Positions 1 through 13,094 of a DNA stretch of 64,000 bases are shown one piece after another; the stretch's first letter is position 1, and every line of letters begins with the position of its first letter. The stretch comes from Paraspadella gotoi (Eukaryota > Animalia > Chaetognatha), in contig CM119266.1 of the NCBI GenBank assembly GCA_051294375.1, positions 13,183,972-13,247,971 of the forward strand. Direction: 5' to 3'. The position numbers and the translations under genes are program-made. The notes under the pieces are model-generated. The model searched no databases, was not told the origin of the DNA, and was given only the letters and a program-made list of their open reading frames with translations.

Positions 1-293
1 CGGCTTCGGGAGAAATTAGAAATTCCGAGTCGATTTCTTCGTCAAGTTCATCGACATCGTCGTCGTCGTCATCGTTTTTCGTCACGTGACCCACCAAATT
101 AACTGGTTTTAGGTCCCCTGCTTTCGAGGGAGTTTCGCGGACAGAGAATTTCGAGTTAAGAGTCGAAAAAGTCCGAAACCAGTTTTTTTTTCGTAATTAT
201 TATCGTTCTCACACACGCAGCCGAACACACACTCAGGAAAAAAAGTATTCTTGTGGTTGTCTTGCTTTTTGCAGAACTGAGAAAATGAATCTG

Positions 294-413
<120 letters not shown>

Positions 414-2542
414 ACACAGACTCAGACACACATAAAAACTAATTTCTTTTTTCAGCTTCCGTTTTTCATTCGTATTTTGTTTTCACTTTTCATGTCATGC
501 TAATTCCGAAGAGGACAACCGCAGAGACAGAATTTCAAATTCGATCGTTTGAAAAAAAAAAGAAAAGAAAAAATAAACTAAAACAAAACCAAAAAACTCT
601 GTCAAGTTTTTTTGGTTTTTTTTCGAAAAGTGAACCATATTATTTGTTTCCCTTTTTTTTCTTTGAAAAGGCATTTAATTAACGACTTCTAAAGACGAGC
701 ACCTTATTACGCCCATATCATCCACGAGCGTCTGCCAAAGGAAAAAAAAAGCCTCGTTTTTCTTTACGCGTTACTTTTTTTTTCAAAAGGCAAAAAAAAA
801 AAACAAAAAAAAACTCCTTTCTCATTTCTTTTCTCGCTTTATATTTCCTTTGGGTTTTTCATGTTGGCTTTTTTTTCTCTCTATCCTTTGTTCTTTCGAT
901 CATTGCTCGGCGTTCTTTGCTTTTCAAAGGCGTAGTGACCTTTTCCCGTGACCCCACGTGATTTCTTTTTTCTTTCTTTCCAAAAAAAAATTAAGGATCG
1001 AGAAAAAAAAGAAGAAAAAAAAAGGTATCTCTGCCAATTTGTCGCATACGTATAAATTTGGAAGCTTAATCTTTTTCAACTTTGACGAGGAGAAAGAGAG
1101 TTCTAAAGCTGCGTTATTTTTTATGCCTTCGCTGAGCTGCCTCGTTTCTCGGCAAGCTTTTTTTTTCTCAGACGGACAAGGCCTGGGGATTCAATTTCTC
1201 TTCACGAAAAATAATCAGAGCGCGGAGATTGCTGTTGCCCTTTTGTTTATTTTCTATTTAGTTCAAACTTTGAGTTTTGACGCCTTGCAAAGATAAGTCA
1301 CGGAGAGACATTACGATAAGTTTATAAATTGTTTCTAATGTCAAGAGCTGCTGGTACTTAATATTAGAGTAATCGCAACTAAAGCTAGAAAAAAAAAGTG
1401 ACTTTGATGCTTCGGTTTTTTTTAATTTAAAGTAAACTAAGCACTAAGCAGCTTTGTTTTTAACAAATACAAGATGGCTACTTTAGCCTCTACAATTTTT
1501 TGGAGTTTTATCTGTTCTCGTTCTTTCAGTTCTCGTCCTACTGAAATAACTCCGATTAACCGTCGTCCCCCCCCCCACTTTTCCCTTGATTTATCACCGA
1601 ATTACGAAGGAAAAAATTAATATCGCGGATCCCCGTGGCGGCGGCGGCTGCGGTGACGGCGGCGGCTGCGGCTGCGGCGGCTGCGGCTCACGTTCGACGA
1701 ACGTAAACAAAAGAAGGAAGATAACGACGGCTTCTTTGTTTACCCAGTCACCGATACCGTAACGACGGTTGTGGGTGAATGCGGATCTAGGGTAGAAAAT
1801 TGTGGTGTGGGTGCGCGGGGTTTGGTCGTTTGTGGATTCTTGTTTGTAATAGTTGTAGTCAATTATATTAATTCTTTTCAAGGATTTTTTCCCAGCGATA
1901 ACCTTTTTAACCCGGAATTTTATACAGAATTGCTCACGTTCCGTACTTTTCTTTTATATACAAAGAAACATAGTACTAATAATTTTCATTGTATTTTATA
2001 CGATATAAAAGTTTACTTGGAATTGAAACAATTCAAAACACTGATTTACTTAATTTGTTTCGTTGGTGTTTAGGTGGTTATCTGTTTGTGTCTTTGCGGA
2101 TTCTCACGAAAATCCTAAATCATAATATTTTTTGTTCGTGATTCAAAATCCTCTCCGATTCCTCACAATTTTGTGAAACGGTCTTTCGACATCAAAGAGG
2201 TGCCCAATGTTTTCGTTGTCCGTGAACTCAATTTTCGCCCAAACAAAGAAGAGAAAACGTGACCGATAGAAATTGTGATTTGAGGAGAAAAAAAAACAAT
2301 TTCCGAATTCCTAAAAACTCAAATGAAATCGCGGAAAGACTACAAATTTTAAAAAAATCTCACTGAAACTGGAACAGTGACCTTTCTTAACTATTTTTCT
2401 CTTCTCCCCGATGCCCGAAGGTGATGCATATAAGTCATTTGCTGCGGCTGTGGTCCACGGTGCTGCCGCAGCTGCTTCAGTTTTAGCTGCTAAAAAGCCT
2501 AAAAAAACTAAACCCAAGCGAAAGCAATTGAGGGAGAAGGGG

Positions 2543-2577
<35 letters not shown>

Positions 2578-3619
2578 TGCAAAAGAGACGAACTGGACGA
2601 GACTTGAACGCGGAAAGTGACGAGGACTAAGACGACGACCACGAGGAAGACAACGACGACGACCCAAGGGGCCACAACGACGACGACGACGACGAGGACT
2701 GCCTTCGTTTAAAGCCACGCCCTTAAACAGAGTAACGACCATTTTTTTAAGGCCAAAATGATATTCGAGGCAGCGACTACGAAAAAAAAATGATCACTGG
2801 AGTTCAAGGCTCACACGATAATCGTTTAAATGTAATTTGGAAGCGAAAAAAAAACCTTTAAAATTTCGTATAAATTAATTCGCAAAAGTTTGTTGAACCA
2901 CCCTCACGCAATTTAACGATATTGTCTGAATTAAATCGAAACGAGCTCGAGTCCCAATACAGTGAAATTTAGCCTAAAGACGAAATTGCGTGTCGTCGAA
3001 AAAACTTTATTTTGCAATCATTCTTATTTTCAAAAAAAAGGTAAACAAAAAGGAAACAAAGAAATGCACGCCCGCTCCGAAGTACTCGAGTCGCACGCCG
3101 TCCCTAATAGGAAAAATAATGAACGCCCTGAGAAAACCTTGAAGAGTAAAGAGAGCTGGAACCTTTTTTAACAGAGTGAAAAGCGAGATAGCTTAAAATG
3201 TCAAAAACCTGATTATTGTCCAAGATTTTTGTTTTGTTTTGTTTTTTTTTTTTTTGTTTTTTTCTCCATCATCTTCGCCAGCTCTTGAAGCGCGATACAT
3301 TAAACTAATCGGACTATATATGAATGAGGGTTGAAATTATATTTGTAACTTTGATGTTTATTTACGTTTATGACGAGTCAGCTTTTAGTTCCTCGCGCGT
3401 CCCGCCTCCGTAAAATCTGTCATGATTAATTTTCCGAGCTACTAGAACATTAGAAATTTTACTCGGATTTTCGAGCTACATGTATATAAATCCCCTCTCA
3501 GACGAAAACTTCGAACGAATTTCTAACACACCCTCAAATTCGGCTTTCTTTAGCCAAAACCAACCAAAATTTCTTTATTCGGAGAAGAAGAAAGGAGAGA
3601 AGAGAGAAAGAGAGAGAGA

Positions 3620-3711
<92 letters not shown>

Positions 3712-4116
3712 CCAAACCGATTTTGGCTCAAGAAATTCATTTGAAGCTGAAAAGTATTGATTTTTTTTTCTTGACAATTTTTAAAACTGCAGAAAAGATT
3801 TTTAGAAATTTTTCGTTTAAATCATATTTAAATTTTCTCGTTTATGACCGGGAACCACCTGATGTATAAAATTTCTGAAAACAAGGAATCCTCAACCCCT
3901 GTTGTAATAAACATCAAATCGTTATCTAAAATAAAACGAATAATGATCTTCGAAAAAAAAACCCGTTTTAAAAAAAATTATGAATGATTTTCACCCGCCC
4001 TGTCAAAGTTGTAAATTCTGAGTCTTCTTTGAATCTTTTTTTTATCTCATTTCACTTTCTATCGTGCGATTTTTTTTAAGTAGAAATGTTTCTCTGTTTC
4101 TTCGATAAACTTTTAA

Positions 4117-4961
4117 GGGGACCAAGTGAACAGGGGGGGTAAAAAGCTGAAAACATAACGTTTGACCCTTTAACTTAAGCTGGTTCTGATCATATATTTT
4201 TTTTTTCTATAATCATTTGGGAAAGTAGTTAAAAAATTCGATAAAATCAGTAAGAAAAAAATATTTTTCAAGTTTAAAATTTTTTTTTCCTAAAAAGGGT
4301 AAGATCTAATTTTAAAAAGATTTCAGCTTTATGAACAAAAATTTTAAAAAAAAAAATAGGATGAATATAAAATTTAAGGTATCGACTGATTTTATTTTAA
4401 ACATCTTTTAAAATGATTCTGTTAATTGGATAAAATAAACTCTTTGAAGTAATATAAATATAAATAAGAAAGAGAAAGATTCGTACTTTTGCTAAATTTT
4501 TAACTGATATAATATAGGAATCAATATACTTTTTAAATAATACATTTGGGGATGAATATGAAATTAATTAATAATTATTACAGTTTTGTTTTCTGTAAGA
4601 ATTAAATTTAGGTTTGATTGTCTGCTTTTTAAGCAATATAAAAAAAAATATTAGTTTGGTAAAGCCTTTGTTACAATGAGGCTTAACTAAAATTGTAGCT
4701 TTGTACAGTAAAAAATAAAAATTTAAAATTTAGTAAAAACACTTTCTAATGCAAAAATAAAATAATGGATTATATAAATATTTAGGTAGGGTCAACTAAA
4801 TTTTTTTTTTATAATTATTAAATTTTTGTTTCCGCTACAATAAGAGATAGGAATTTTTTCGCCACTTTCCCGTGCAAAGAAAAATTAATGACTATCACCA
4901 TTCAAATTCCTTTGATGATAGACCCTTAAGCTTATGATATCATTTTTATCACTGGGTCCCC
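4117..4961. mobile_element. Non-autonomous TIR DNA transposon/MITE with TTAA target duplication (Kolobok-like GG..CC termini)
   Basis: TTAA-GGGGACCAAGTGA (4113-4129) ... TCACTGGGTCCCC-TTAA (4949-4965): 13-bp TIR with one mismatch, TTAA on both sides, very AT-rich non-coding interior. Confidence 0.65.
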
Positions 4962-5180
4962 TTAAAAGCTTTCAAATAGATTCGAGTTCAAAACATCTTC
5001 CCTTTTTGTCCCCTACTTGTTTTCAGATCCGAATGATGTCATCCCGAGGCTTCCATTAGGAAAAAAGCTACCAAAATTAATAATATTAAAAAAAAACTAA
5101 CCACCTATTTAAATCTTCACACGCTGCAAATCAAATAGACAATTATAAGTACAAAGCAAAAACAAAGGACTAAACTCGAG

Positions 5181-5426
5181 ATGACGTCGACGCGACGCCT
5201 TACGACGATCGCCATCATGGCCGCCATCTTGTTCTCGCTGGATTTCGTCGCCGCCGACGAGGTCGACTGCAGCACGTACGACGAGGACCTTGAGAAGTGC
5301 ATGGCGTGCTACAAGAACCAGTCGGACAACCCGGACGTCACCAACTACTGCGACATCAGCACCGGCGAATGCGTCAACGAGGACGTGGAATGCACGGAAG
5401 AGGGCGGAAGCTTTTTGCCCGCATGG
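5181..5426 (+). CDS. SLC8A: NCX exon 1 (signal peptide and Cys-rich extracellular segment)
   Basis: ATG at 5181, hydrophobic leader (LTTIAIMAAILFSLDFVAA), ends with ...GGSFLPAW (cf. NCX GVILPIW), strong donor GTGAGT at 5427. Confidence 0.9.
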
Positions 5427-5934
5427 GTGAGTTTCGTGGTTGAAGCCGTATAAAAAGTAAATAGTGTTGTTTGGAGATTTCTATCCTGGTTTTTAGTCCT
5501 TTTAACATATGGAATTTGATGTTAAAAGTATTAAAGTTTATAAGTCATAGACGCATCAATCACGTCCTTAAAATTTCTGAGTTTTTACAGAAAGGGATCA
5601 CGAAATATTACAATATGAATGATTGAATATGGCATATGTAAAAAAAAACAAACAAAAAAACAAAAAAAAGAAAGGGAGAATTTTCAAAAATCAAAATTCA
5701 AATGAGATGAGTGACTGAAGTGATTGAAGCCAAAGGAATAGAATTTGAATTGCAGCACGACGTATCGAGTTGAAATGACAGTCGTTGGCAGCTCCGTCTA
5801 TTTTTTTTTTTGGTTGAACGTTTTTTTTTTTATTTTGCCGTCGCAAAACGAAATTTTAATTCGAGTCGTAGTTAGTGATTGGCGTTCGCCGTGTGGGGTT
5901 TGACATATTTGCATTAGACATCTTAAGTACATTT

Positions 5935-5994
<60 letters not shown>

Positions 5995-8900
5995 TCATCT
6001 TCTCATTCCCCTAATCTCTCAGCCAACCACCGTCGAAGGCGACAACAACACACGGATCCGCATCCCCGGCGCCGAGCGTGCCGGTCGCGGCATCCTCCTC
6101 TTCCTCGCCCTGATGTACCTCTTCCTCGGCCTCTCCATCGTGGCCGAGCGATTCATGGCGGCCATCGAGCTCATCACATCCTCCAATCGAGACGTCGACG
6201 TCAAGTTGTCCACGGGCGAGACGACTACGATCACCGTCAAAGTCTGGAACGAGACGGTCTCCAACCTGACGCTGATGGCGCTGGGGTCGTCCGCGCCGGA
6301 GATCCTCTTCTCCCTCATCGAGATCATCGGGTCAAACTTCAAGGCGGGCTCTTTGGGACCGGGCACCATCGTCGGTAGCGCCGCCTTCAATCTCTTCATG
6401 ATCATCGCCCTCTGCGTCTCGGCCATCCCCAACGGAGAGTCCCGCCGCATCAAGCACCTCATGGTCTTCTTCTGCACGGCCATCTGGAGCATCTTCGCCT
6501 ACATCTGGCTCTACCTCATCCTCCAGGTCATCTCACCGGATCGGGTCGACGTCTGGGAAGCCATCATCACTTTCGTCTTCTTCCCGCTCACTGTGATCAC
6601 GGCCTACATGTGCGACAAACAGATCTGCTACAAGCAGACCTACTCTGCCCATTATTACAAGAGCGAGACGGGCAAAGTGTTGATCGCCGTGCCGGGCTCC
6701 GCGGAGACCGGCGAGCAGGTCATGCTGCCCGAGGAAATGAAGGACCTGGACCCGCAGGTGCGCGAGTTCGAGCAGCACCGCGCCAACTACATCAACATTC
6801 TGAAGGAGCTGCGCAGGCAAGATCCCGGAGCCTCGCCAGAGAAGCTGGAGGTGATGGCGAGGAACGAGCTGCTCAACCGGGCGCCGAAAAGTCGCGCCTT
6901 TTACCGCATCGCAGCCTCGAGGAAGATCACTGGCAGCGGAGCGATTAAACTCAAGGTAAAATGGAATAAAATACACTTTTTAACTCAGAATCCTGATACA
7001 AGGAGAAAGCAAATTTTATTTTTTTTTCAAAAAGTGCGTCTAATCCTATTAATTTGCAGTAATTATTATTTAAACGATTTTAGCTAAATTATTTTTGAAA
7101 TGAGGTGGTCATTTGATTACGTTTTAGAAAGTAAGAGGTCGCCACTGGTCGCCACGCCCACGACCACACTAATTAACCTTTTTTCAATCCCCTTTCCCCC
7201 CCCCCTCAAGGACGACCTCGAGGAAAAGGACGAGGTCGACGCGACGGGACATCACATCACCCGCGTCTTCTGCGATCCGGGTCACTACTCCGTCATGGAG
7301 AACTGTGTGGACATGACCGTGTGCGTGAAGCGCGAAGGCGGCGACCTCGATTGTACCGTCCAGGTGGACTACGCCACCGAGGACGTCGTCGCCACCGCCG
7401 GTAAGGACTACGAGGCCACCAGCGGGACCCTCACCTTCGGACCTCACGAGACGGTCAAGTACATCCGCATCGCTATCATCGACAACGACGTCTTCGAGGA
7501 AGACGAGCAGTTCAACGTTCGACTTTCTAATTTGAGGGATATGGATCGGGAGGTGGGTCGGAAGAGGAGCGGGTATGATGAACGATGATGATAATGATTA
7601 TGATTATTATTATTATTATGCTGATCATTTTAGCTTAGATTCATAAGCATAAATGACTTTGAGAGCAATATTTATATCATTTACTTTGGAACGGAAATGA
7701 GTTTATGATTAGATTGACTTATATTGATATTTTATCCACATCTTATAATTCAAAGTTAACATGCGTGAATTTATTTTGTAACCGCCTTATATAAGACTTA
7801 ACGAGAATGTGTGTTATAGTTTCTCTGACCAAAAAAAATTGTCCTTAGGGCAAAGACGTCGAGGACGTCCGAGTGGAACTTGCCAACCCGAGCCTGGCCA
7901 CCATCCTGATCCTGGACGACGATCGAGCCGGCTGCTTCCAGTTCGACACTCCCAACTACTTCGTCAGCGAGACCTGCGGCGAGGTCACCGTCACCGTCCT
8001 ACGCCACTCGGGCGCCAGGGGCAAAATCACCGTCCCCTACAAGATCGTCCCCGGAACCGCCCAAGCTGGAGTCCACTACGACGGCGACGACACCGGCGTT
8101 CTCCAATTCGAGGACGAGCAGTTCGAGGCCAAGTTCAAGATCAAAGTCGTCGACGAAGACAAATACGCCAAGAACCTCGAGTTCTACGTCGAGCTGGAGG
8201 AGCCCCAGTGGGCCATGCTGGAAGAGATCGAAAAGGCCGAAGACATCGTCGGAGAGGAGGAGAAGATCGCCAAGCTGGGCGCCCCCTACTTGGGCGAGAT
8301 GAAGCGTCTCACCATCGGCATCAAAGAGGACGAGCATTTCCGCGGTCTCGTCGACAACGTGATCAAGACCTCCGGGACGGCCAGCGCCCTCAGCACCTCA
8401 TCCTGGCAGCAGCAGTTCGTCGAAGCCCTCACCGTCGGCGACTCAGGCGACGGAGACGACAAGGACGGCGAGGAGAGCAAGCCCGGCTGCATGGAGTACG
8501 TCATGCACTACCTGACCTTGCCCTGGAAGCTGCTGTTCGCTCTGATCCCGCCGACCGAATACTTCGGCGGCTGGCTCTGCTTCGTGGTGTCGATCGTGCT
8601 GATCGGACTCGTGACGGGCATCGTCGGCGACGTGGCCAGCCTCTTCGGCTGCACCGTCGGCCTCAAGGACGCCGTCACCGCCATCACCTTCGTTGCCCTG
8701 GGCACCAGCGTGCCCGACACCTTCGCCTCTAAAGTCGCCGCCGTCAACGACGAGTTCGCCGATTCTTCCATCGGCAACGTCAACGGCTCCAACGCGGTCA
8801 ACGTTTTCATGGGCATCGGGCTGGCCTGGTCCGTCGCCGCCATCTACCACGCCGCCGCCGGCACCTGCTGCGGGTTCGCCGTGAAGGGCGGCGATCTAGG

Positions 8901-9091
8901 ATTCAGCGTGGGACTCTTCTCCGGACTCGCCGTGCTCACCTACGTGGTGCTAGTGTTACGGCGGCACCCGAAAATCGCCAACGGGGCGTTGGGTGGACGG
9001 GAGCCGATTAAGAGCATCACCTCTGCCCTCTTCGTCATGTTTTGGATAATTTACGTCCTTTGCTCGGCGCTGAAGACGTACTGCTACATTT

Positions 9092-9093
<2 letters not shown>
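5181..9093 (+). CDS. SLC8A: Sodium/calcium exchanger (NCX, SLC8 family), 4 exons: join(5181..5426,6023..6955,7211..7552,7849..9093), ~921 aa
   Basis: All three introns are GT-AG and phase 0 (TGG|GTGAGT..TCTCAG|CCA; AAG|GTAAAA..CTCAAG|GAC; GAG|GTGGGT..CCTTAG|GGC) and join into one open frame. Motifs: signal peptide, alpha-1 (TLMALGSSAPE, GTIVGSAAFN), KSRAFYRI, two Calx-beta domains (IIDNDVFEEDE, ILDDDRAG, HSGARG), SSWQQQFVEA, alpha-2 (FVALGTSVPDTFASK, SIGNVNGSNAVNVF), C-terminal LKTYCYI*. Confidence 0.97.
6023..6955 (+). CDS. SLC8A: NCX exon 2 (TM1-5, alpha-1 repeat, XIP, start of cytosolic loop)
   Basis: CTAAT branch point and pyrimidine tract before AG at 6021-6022. In frame with ORF 6113..7087. 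Donor at 6956. Confidence 0.96.
7211..7552 (+). CDS. SLC8A: NCX exon 3 (Calx-beta CBD1)
   Basis: Translates to VMENC...REGGDL..VQVDYATED..ATAGKDY..GTLTFGPHET..IIDNDVFEEDEQFNVRLSN. Confidence 0.95.
7849..9093 (+). CDS. SLC8A: NCX exon 4 (end of CBD1, CBD2, TM6-10, alpha-2 repeat)
   Basis: Acceptor CCTTAG ends at 7848, in frame with ORF 7873..9093. Contains GTSVPD and GSNAVN. Confidence 0.96.
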
Positions 9094-9126
<33 letters not shown>

Positions 9127-10860
9127 AGCATTCCGAATATCGACGCCGTTTCCATTTGTCGAGACCGTCAACGGCATCGATACTTTTATTTTAATTGATA
9201 ATCCACATTTTTTATTGGTTTTTTACATCCTTTGCTAAGTGAAAATACTAGTCAAGCTTTTTACAAGTTTTACACAATAGTACACAGAGAAAAGAAAAAG
9301 GGCTATTTCTCTTCCATGCGCAACTATGATATTCTTAGTCATAACTCGTAGCAGAGGGAAAACTATCTAAAACATTGACGCCGGTTTGTACAAAAGTCAT
9401 GTAAATAACACTGTTATAAATATTACTTTAGCCCTTTGTAAAAAAAAAACCAATGGAAAAAACCGGGGAATATTATATATATAATTCCTTTCTCCTTGTT
9501 ATAATTGGAACAAGGAATGATTACAATAGTAAATCCCTATGGGACAGTCGATCTCATAATAAACATAAGTCCACATTTGCCAATAATATTCTTAAAATAT
9601 ATCCCCTTTCATTGAGAAACAATTTATGCGAGTTCGTTTTAAGTGTACATAAAGCTTACGAATTCTCATGTAATATATTGTTCCAGTACATATAGTCCAA
9701 TCCAATTCTTTCCTTACGTTTTCTTTTTCAGAACTTATAGTTTAATTTGAAATAAGTCTAATCGCCGATATGTATTTTTTCAATTGAAAACAAACTTCAC
9801 TTATTTACCCTAATCTTTCACGTGATACAGTATAAAGTCCCTTCGTCAATTTAGAATACTAAAAAAAATCATATCTATCACAAACAAGAGAAAAACGTGC
9901 GTTAATGTTTAAAAAAAAACAACATATTCATTTTATCGGTTTTTTTTTTTTTTTTGTAACTGCTTATTGATTCAATAACGAAGCCAGTTCGTTTGTTTGT
10001 ATGGGATATAACAAGTTTTTATACGCAATAGTTCATTTCCTTTTTCTCGCCGCGTGCCGAATACAGTCTTTCCTGTTTTTGTATATTAATTTTTCTACGC
10101 TCCTACGAAATAGCAATTTACTCCAAACACGATTTTGTCGATAGCACCATGGCAGTTGTTGTTTTTTTTATTATTATCGTCCTCAGTTGCAGTGAGTTTG
10201 GAACAAAACAACAAAAACAAAGAGAATATATCATCTGATGAACGAGGGACAAAAGCTTGATGACGATAGTAAACCGCGTTGTGAAGATGAGAAGCGTGGA
10301 ACGAAAGGGAAAGTGTGAACTGGAGAGAAAAATAGCTAGCTGCTATGAAAATAAATATTCAAGCAATATTGGGAAAATTCCATAAAATTTAGAACAAAAT
10401 GTGAAGTGGTTAAAATGCATCTGTACAAGTTATTGAAAGCTTGAAAATCAGATGAGAGAGAGAGAGACGAGAGAGAGAGGAGAGAGAGAGACGAGGAGAG
10501 AGACAAGATGAAGAGGGAGAGGAGAGAGAGAGAGAGAGACGGAGAGAGAGAGAGAGAGAACGAGACGAGAGAATTTAAATGGGTCTTAAAAGCTCTTTTC
10601 GCTCTTTTCAGTGGGTTGATGTTGTCAACACAATTTAAGTAGTCACCAAAAAAAAGACGTTGGTTGCAATTTGTAAGAAATGTGAAGCCTCCAGGAAAAA
10701 CCAGCGCAACAACACTAAAAAAAAAAAAAAAAACACGACGAAAATAGCGGCGTTATCTCTCGTAACGTCATTTTCGCGCGAAAGTAGGCCGGCGTCAAAA
10801 GAGACGTTATCGGAAGCAACTCGTCGGAGGACGCGGTTCTCGGCCATCGGAGCGGAAAAC

Positions 10861-11410
10861 ATGGCGCTGAAGAAGAGGGCGTTCCCACGGGAGACGAAGC
10901 GGTAAATACAGACGCGGTTGCCAGGGACGACGATCGATATTCTGAGAGGAGAGAGAGAAGTAGGTTTTCATCAGGAGAGTGTGAAAGGAAATTTTGAAGA
11001 TATGTCCTTTCGCTTTTAGAATACAGCGAATAAAATTTTTTTAAATGTATTTGTCTCCTTCCATTCTGGTCAGTCGGTGCGTTTGATTCATTAAAGTTTA
11101 GTTTTCTATTCATCTGAATAAGATTTCAATCATTTAAAGCTTAACTGTACATACATTTAGTTCTGTTACGACTAGCATGATAAAATATATTGTTTTTAAA
11201 TTTTATATTATTATGTGAAGCGATTAAATTATCATTCCCTTTCCAGTCAAAATGTAGATCAGTTTTGAATTCTTTCAGTGCTTCGAGCCGTTTACAGTAA
11301 CCGAACCTCCCGATGTACATTTGGCATCGAGATTTCGCCCCCGCTATTGTTTCGCGACTGCTCCGTTGAAATCATTTCTGTTCCTTCTGTAAACTCAGCG
11401 AACAAACAGA
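10861..11410 (+). CDS. Candidate first two exons of an unidentified gene (10861..10901, 11279..11410)
   Basis: AAAAC-ATGGCG start after a GC-richer promoter-like stretch with TTTCGCGCGAAA (10772-10783). Donor CG|GTAAAT, acceptor TTTCAG|, donor GTAAGA. A by-eye consensus of the three copies in the window gives MALKKRAFPRETKR-ASAVYSNEAPGCTFGIEISPAIVFAT..VEIISVPSVNSANKQ. This copy needs indel correction. Confidence 0.3.
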
Positions 11411-13094
11411 GTAAGAGAAAATAGAAGGGGAATGTCAAAAAGGCAAACTTTAAGTCACGAAATGTTTTCTCACCCACAAGCTCGAAGAAAAGTAGGATCT
11501 TAACTAGAAATTCGGGATTAAAATTCTTGTACTTGGAATGGCAAAAAATACCTCTCTTTCTCNNNNNNNNNNNNNNNNNNNNNNNNNAAATCAACATTTT
11601 CTAATAAGAGATATTTCCGTTTTTAAAATCCTGACTACCAAATTGGCCAGAGGAAGAGGGGATTGCCAGAAATTCGAGAAAAAAAAACAAGTTGTAAAAA
11701 AAATCTACCACGATGTCAGATAGGCGTATTATATTTTAAGAAGCTAGCCCAATTTACGGTCTTTATGCATTTTGGATTAAAGGCATTTTAATATCAAAAC
11801 AACCAGGAAAGTGCAACTAGTCATCTCCGGAGAATTTTTTCAAACCTTGTTTTTCTATAGAAATGAAAATGTGGAAATTTTTTGCTTTTTCAAAAAAAAT
11901 TGTAACGGAGGCTAGGTATGTTAAAGCATTATAACAATGATTACTTCGGAATTTGGAGATGTTAAATGAGACCTCTAATGTCGGCAGGAAAGCTTGCCAA
12001 ATTTTTCTTGTCATTATTTGACCAAACACTCTCATAGTTTAAACCAAACATTTGTAAAGTCCCATTGGGTTCTCGGTTTGACAACATGAAAATTTTTTAT
12101 TTTTAAATAAGAAATTAAAGGAAGGTTAGAGAAAAAACTGAATTTTCCTGAGTTAATCTCTTGAAGGAACAAAAGATAACAGGATGGCAATAGTTACCAA
12201 AATGGCGAAGGCCATAATCATTAGGCAACATACAAGTTACAATATTAGAATTATATTATTGCTGAAAACCTCTTTACTAGGGTGAGTGTCAAACTAAGTC
12301 AAAATTATAATGAATTATTTAAAACTAATGAACCCCATAAAAAATATAAAATCGAACATTAAAATTCTTTTAGTGATTCTTGAAAGAAAAAAGGGTAAAT
12401 TGTAATATAGTAAACTTTTTAACAAGTGAGGCCCACTGCACACGCACGTTTTTTGGATAAAAGAAAAGTATAATATTTTTTTCACTTAAATATTTGCTTC
12501 ACTGATATTATTCAAGCATGCTTACAAAATTCTACAAAATATTAATCACCCATCACAGCTAAACATTTATCTTTCTTTTCACAGCAAAAGTAAAAACATT
12601 ATTTTAGTTTAGAGAACAGGAATGTTTACTGAAATGGCGGGAAGACGTTCAAACTAACTTCACTTTAATGTTCATATTTTTCAATACACTTAATTCAATG
12701 AATCCAGCGGGACCACTCAAGTTTTTCTTCTGCTCGTTATGATAGAGAGAGAGAGAGAGAGGGAGAGAGAGGAGAAACTTTCCCCAAAAAGATAGGAGGG
12801 AGCTACGAAGATGAGGTGAGGAGGATAGATGGTTCCTGGAAGTGTAGAATGAGAGAGGGGTTGAGGAGAGTGACGAGGGGAGAGATGAGGAGAGAGAGAG
12901 AGGGGAGGGAAAGAAAGAGGAGGGAATAATATCAAAGTAAAAAGGAATAGGGATGAGTTCGTGAGGGGAGAGGGGGGGGAAGGGGAAGGGGGGGATGGAG
13001 GAGGGAGGAGAGGAGAAGAAAGGAGGAGGAGGGAGTGAGGGGAATGGGGGGAAAGGAAGAAAAAGGAACAGGGGAAGAGAAAATAAGGGAAAAA

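Noticed and set aside
2311-2742. Thr/Arg/Val-rich ORFs
   Set aside because: Driven by (GAC)n trinucleotide runs, with no splice or homology support.
5875-9177. Overlapping antisense and alternate-frame ORFs over NCX
   Set aside because: Shadows of high third-position GC codon usage in the real CDS.
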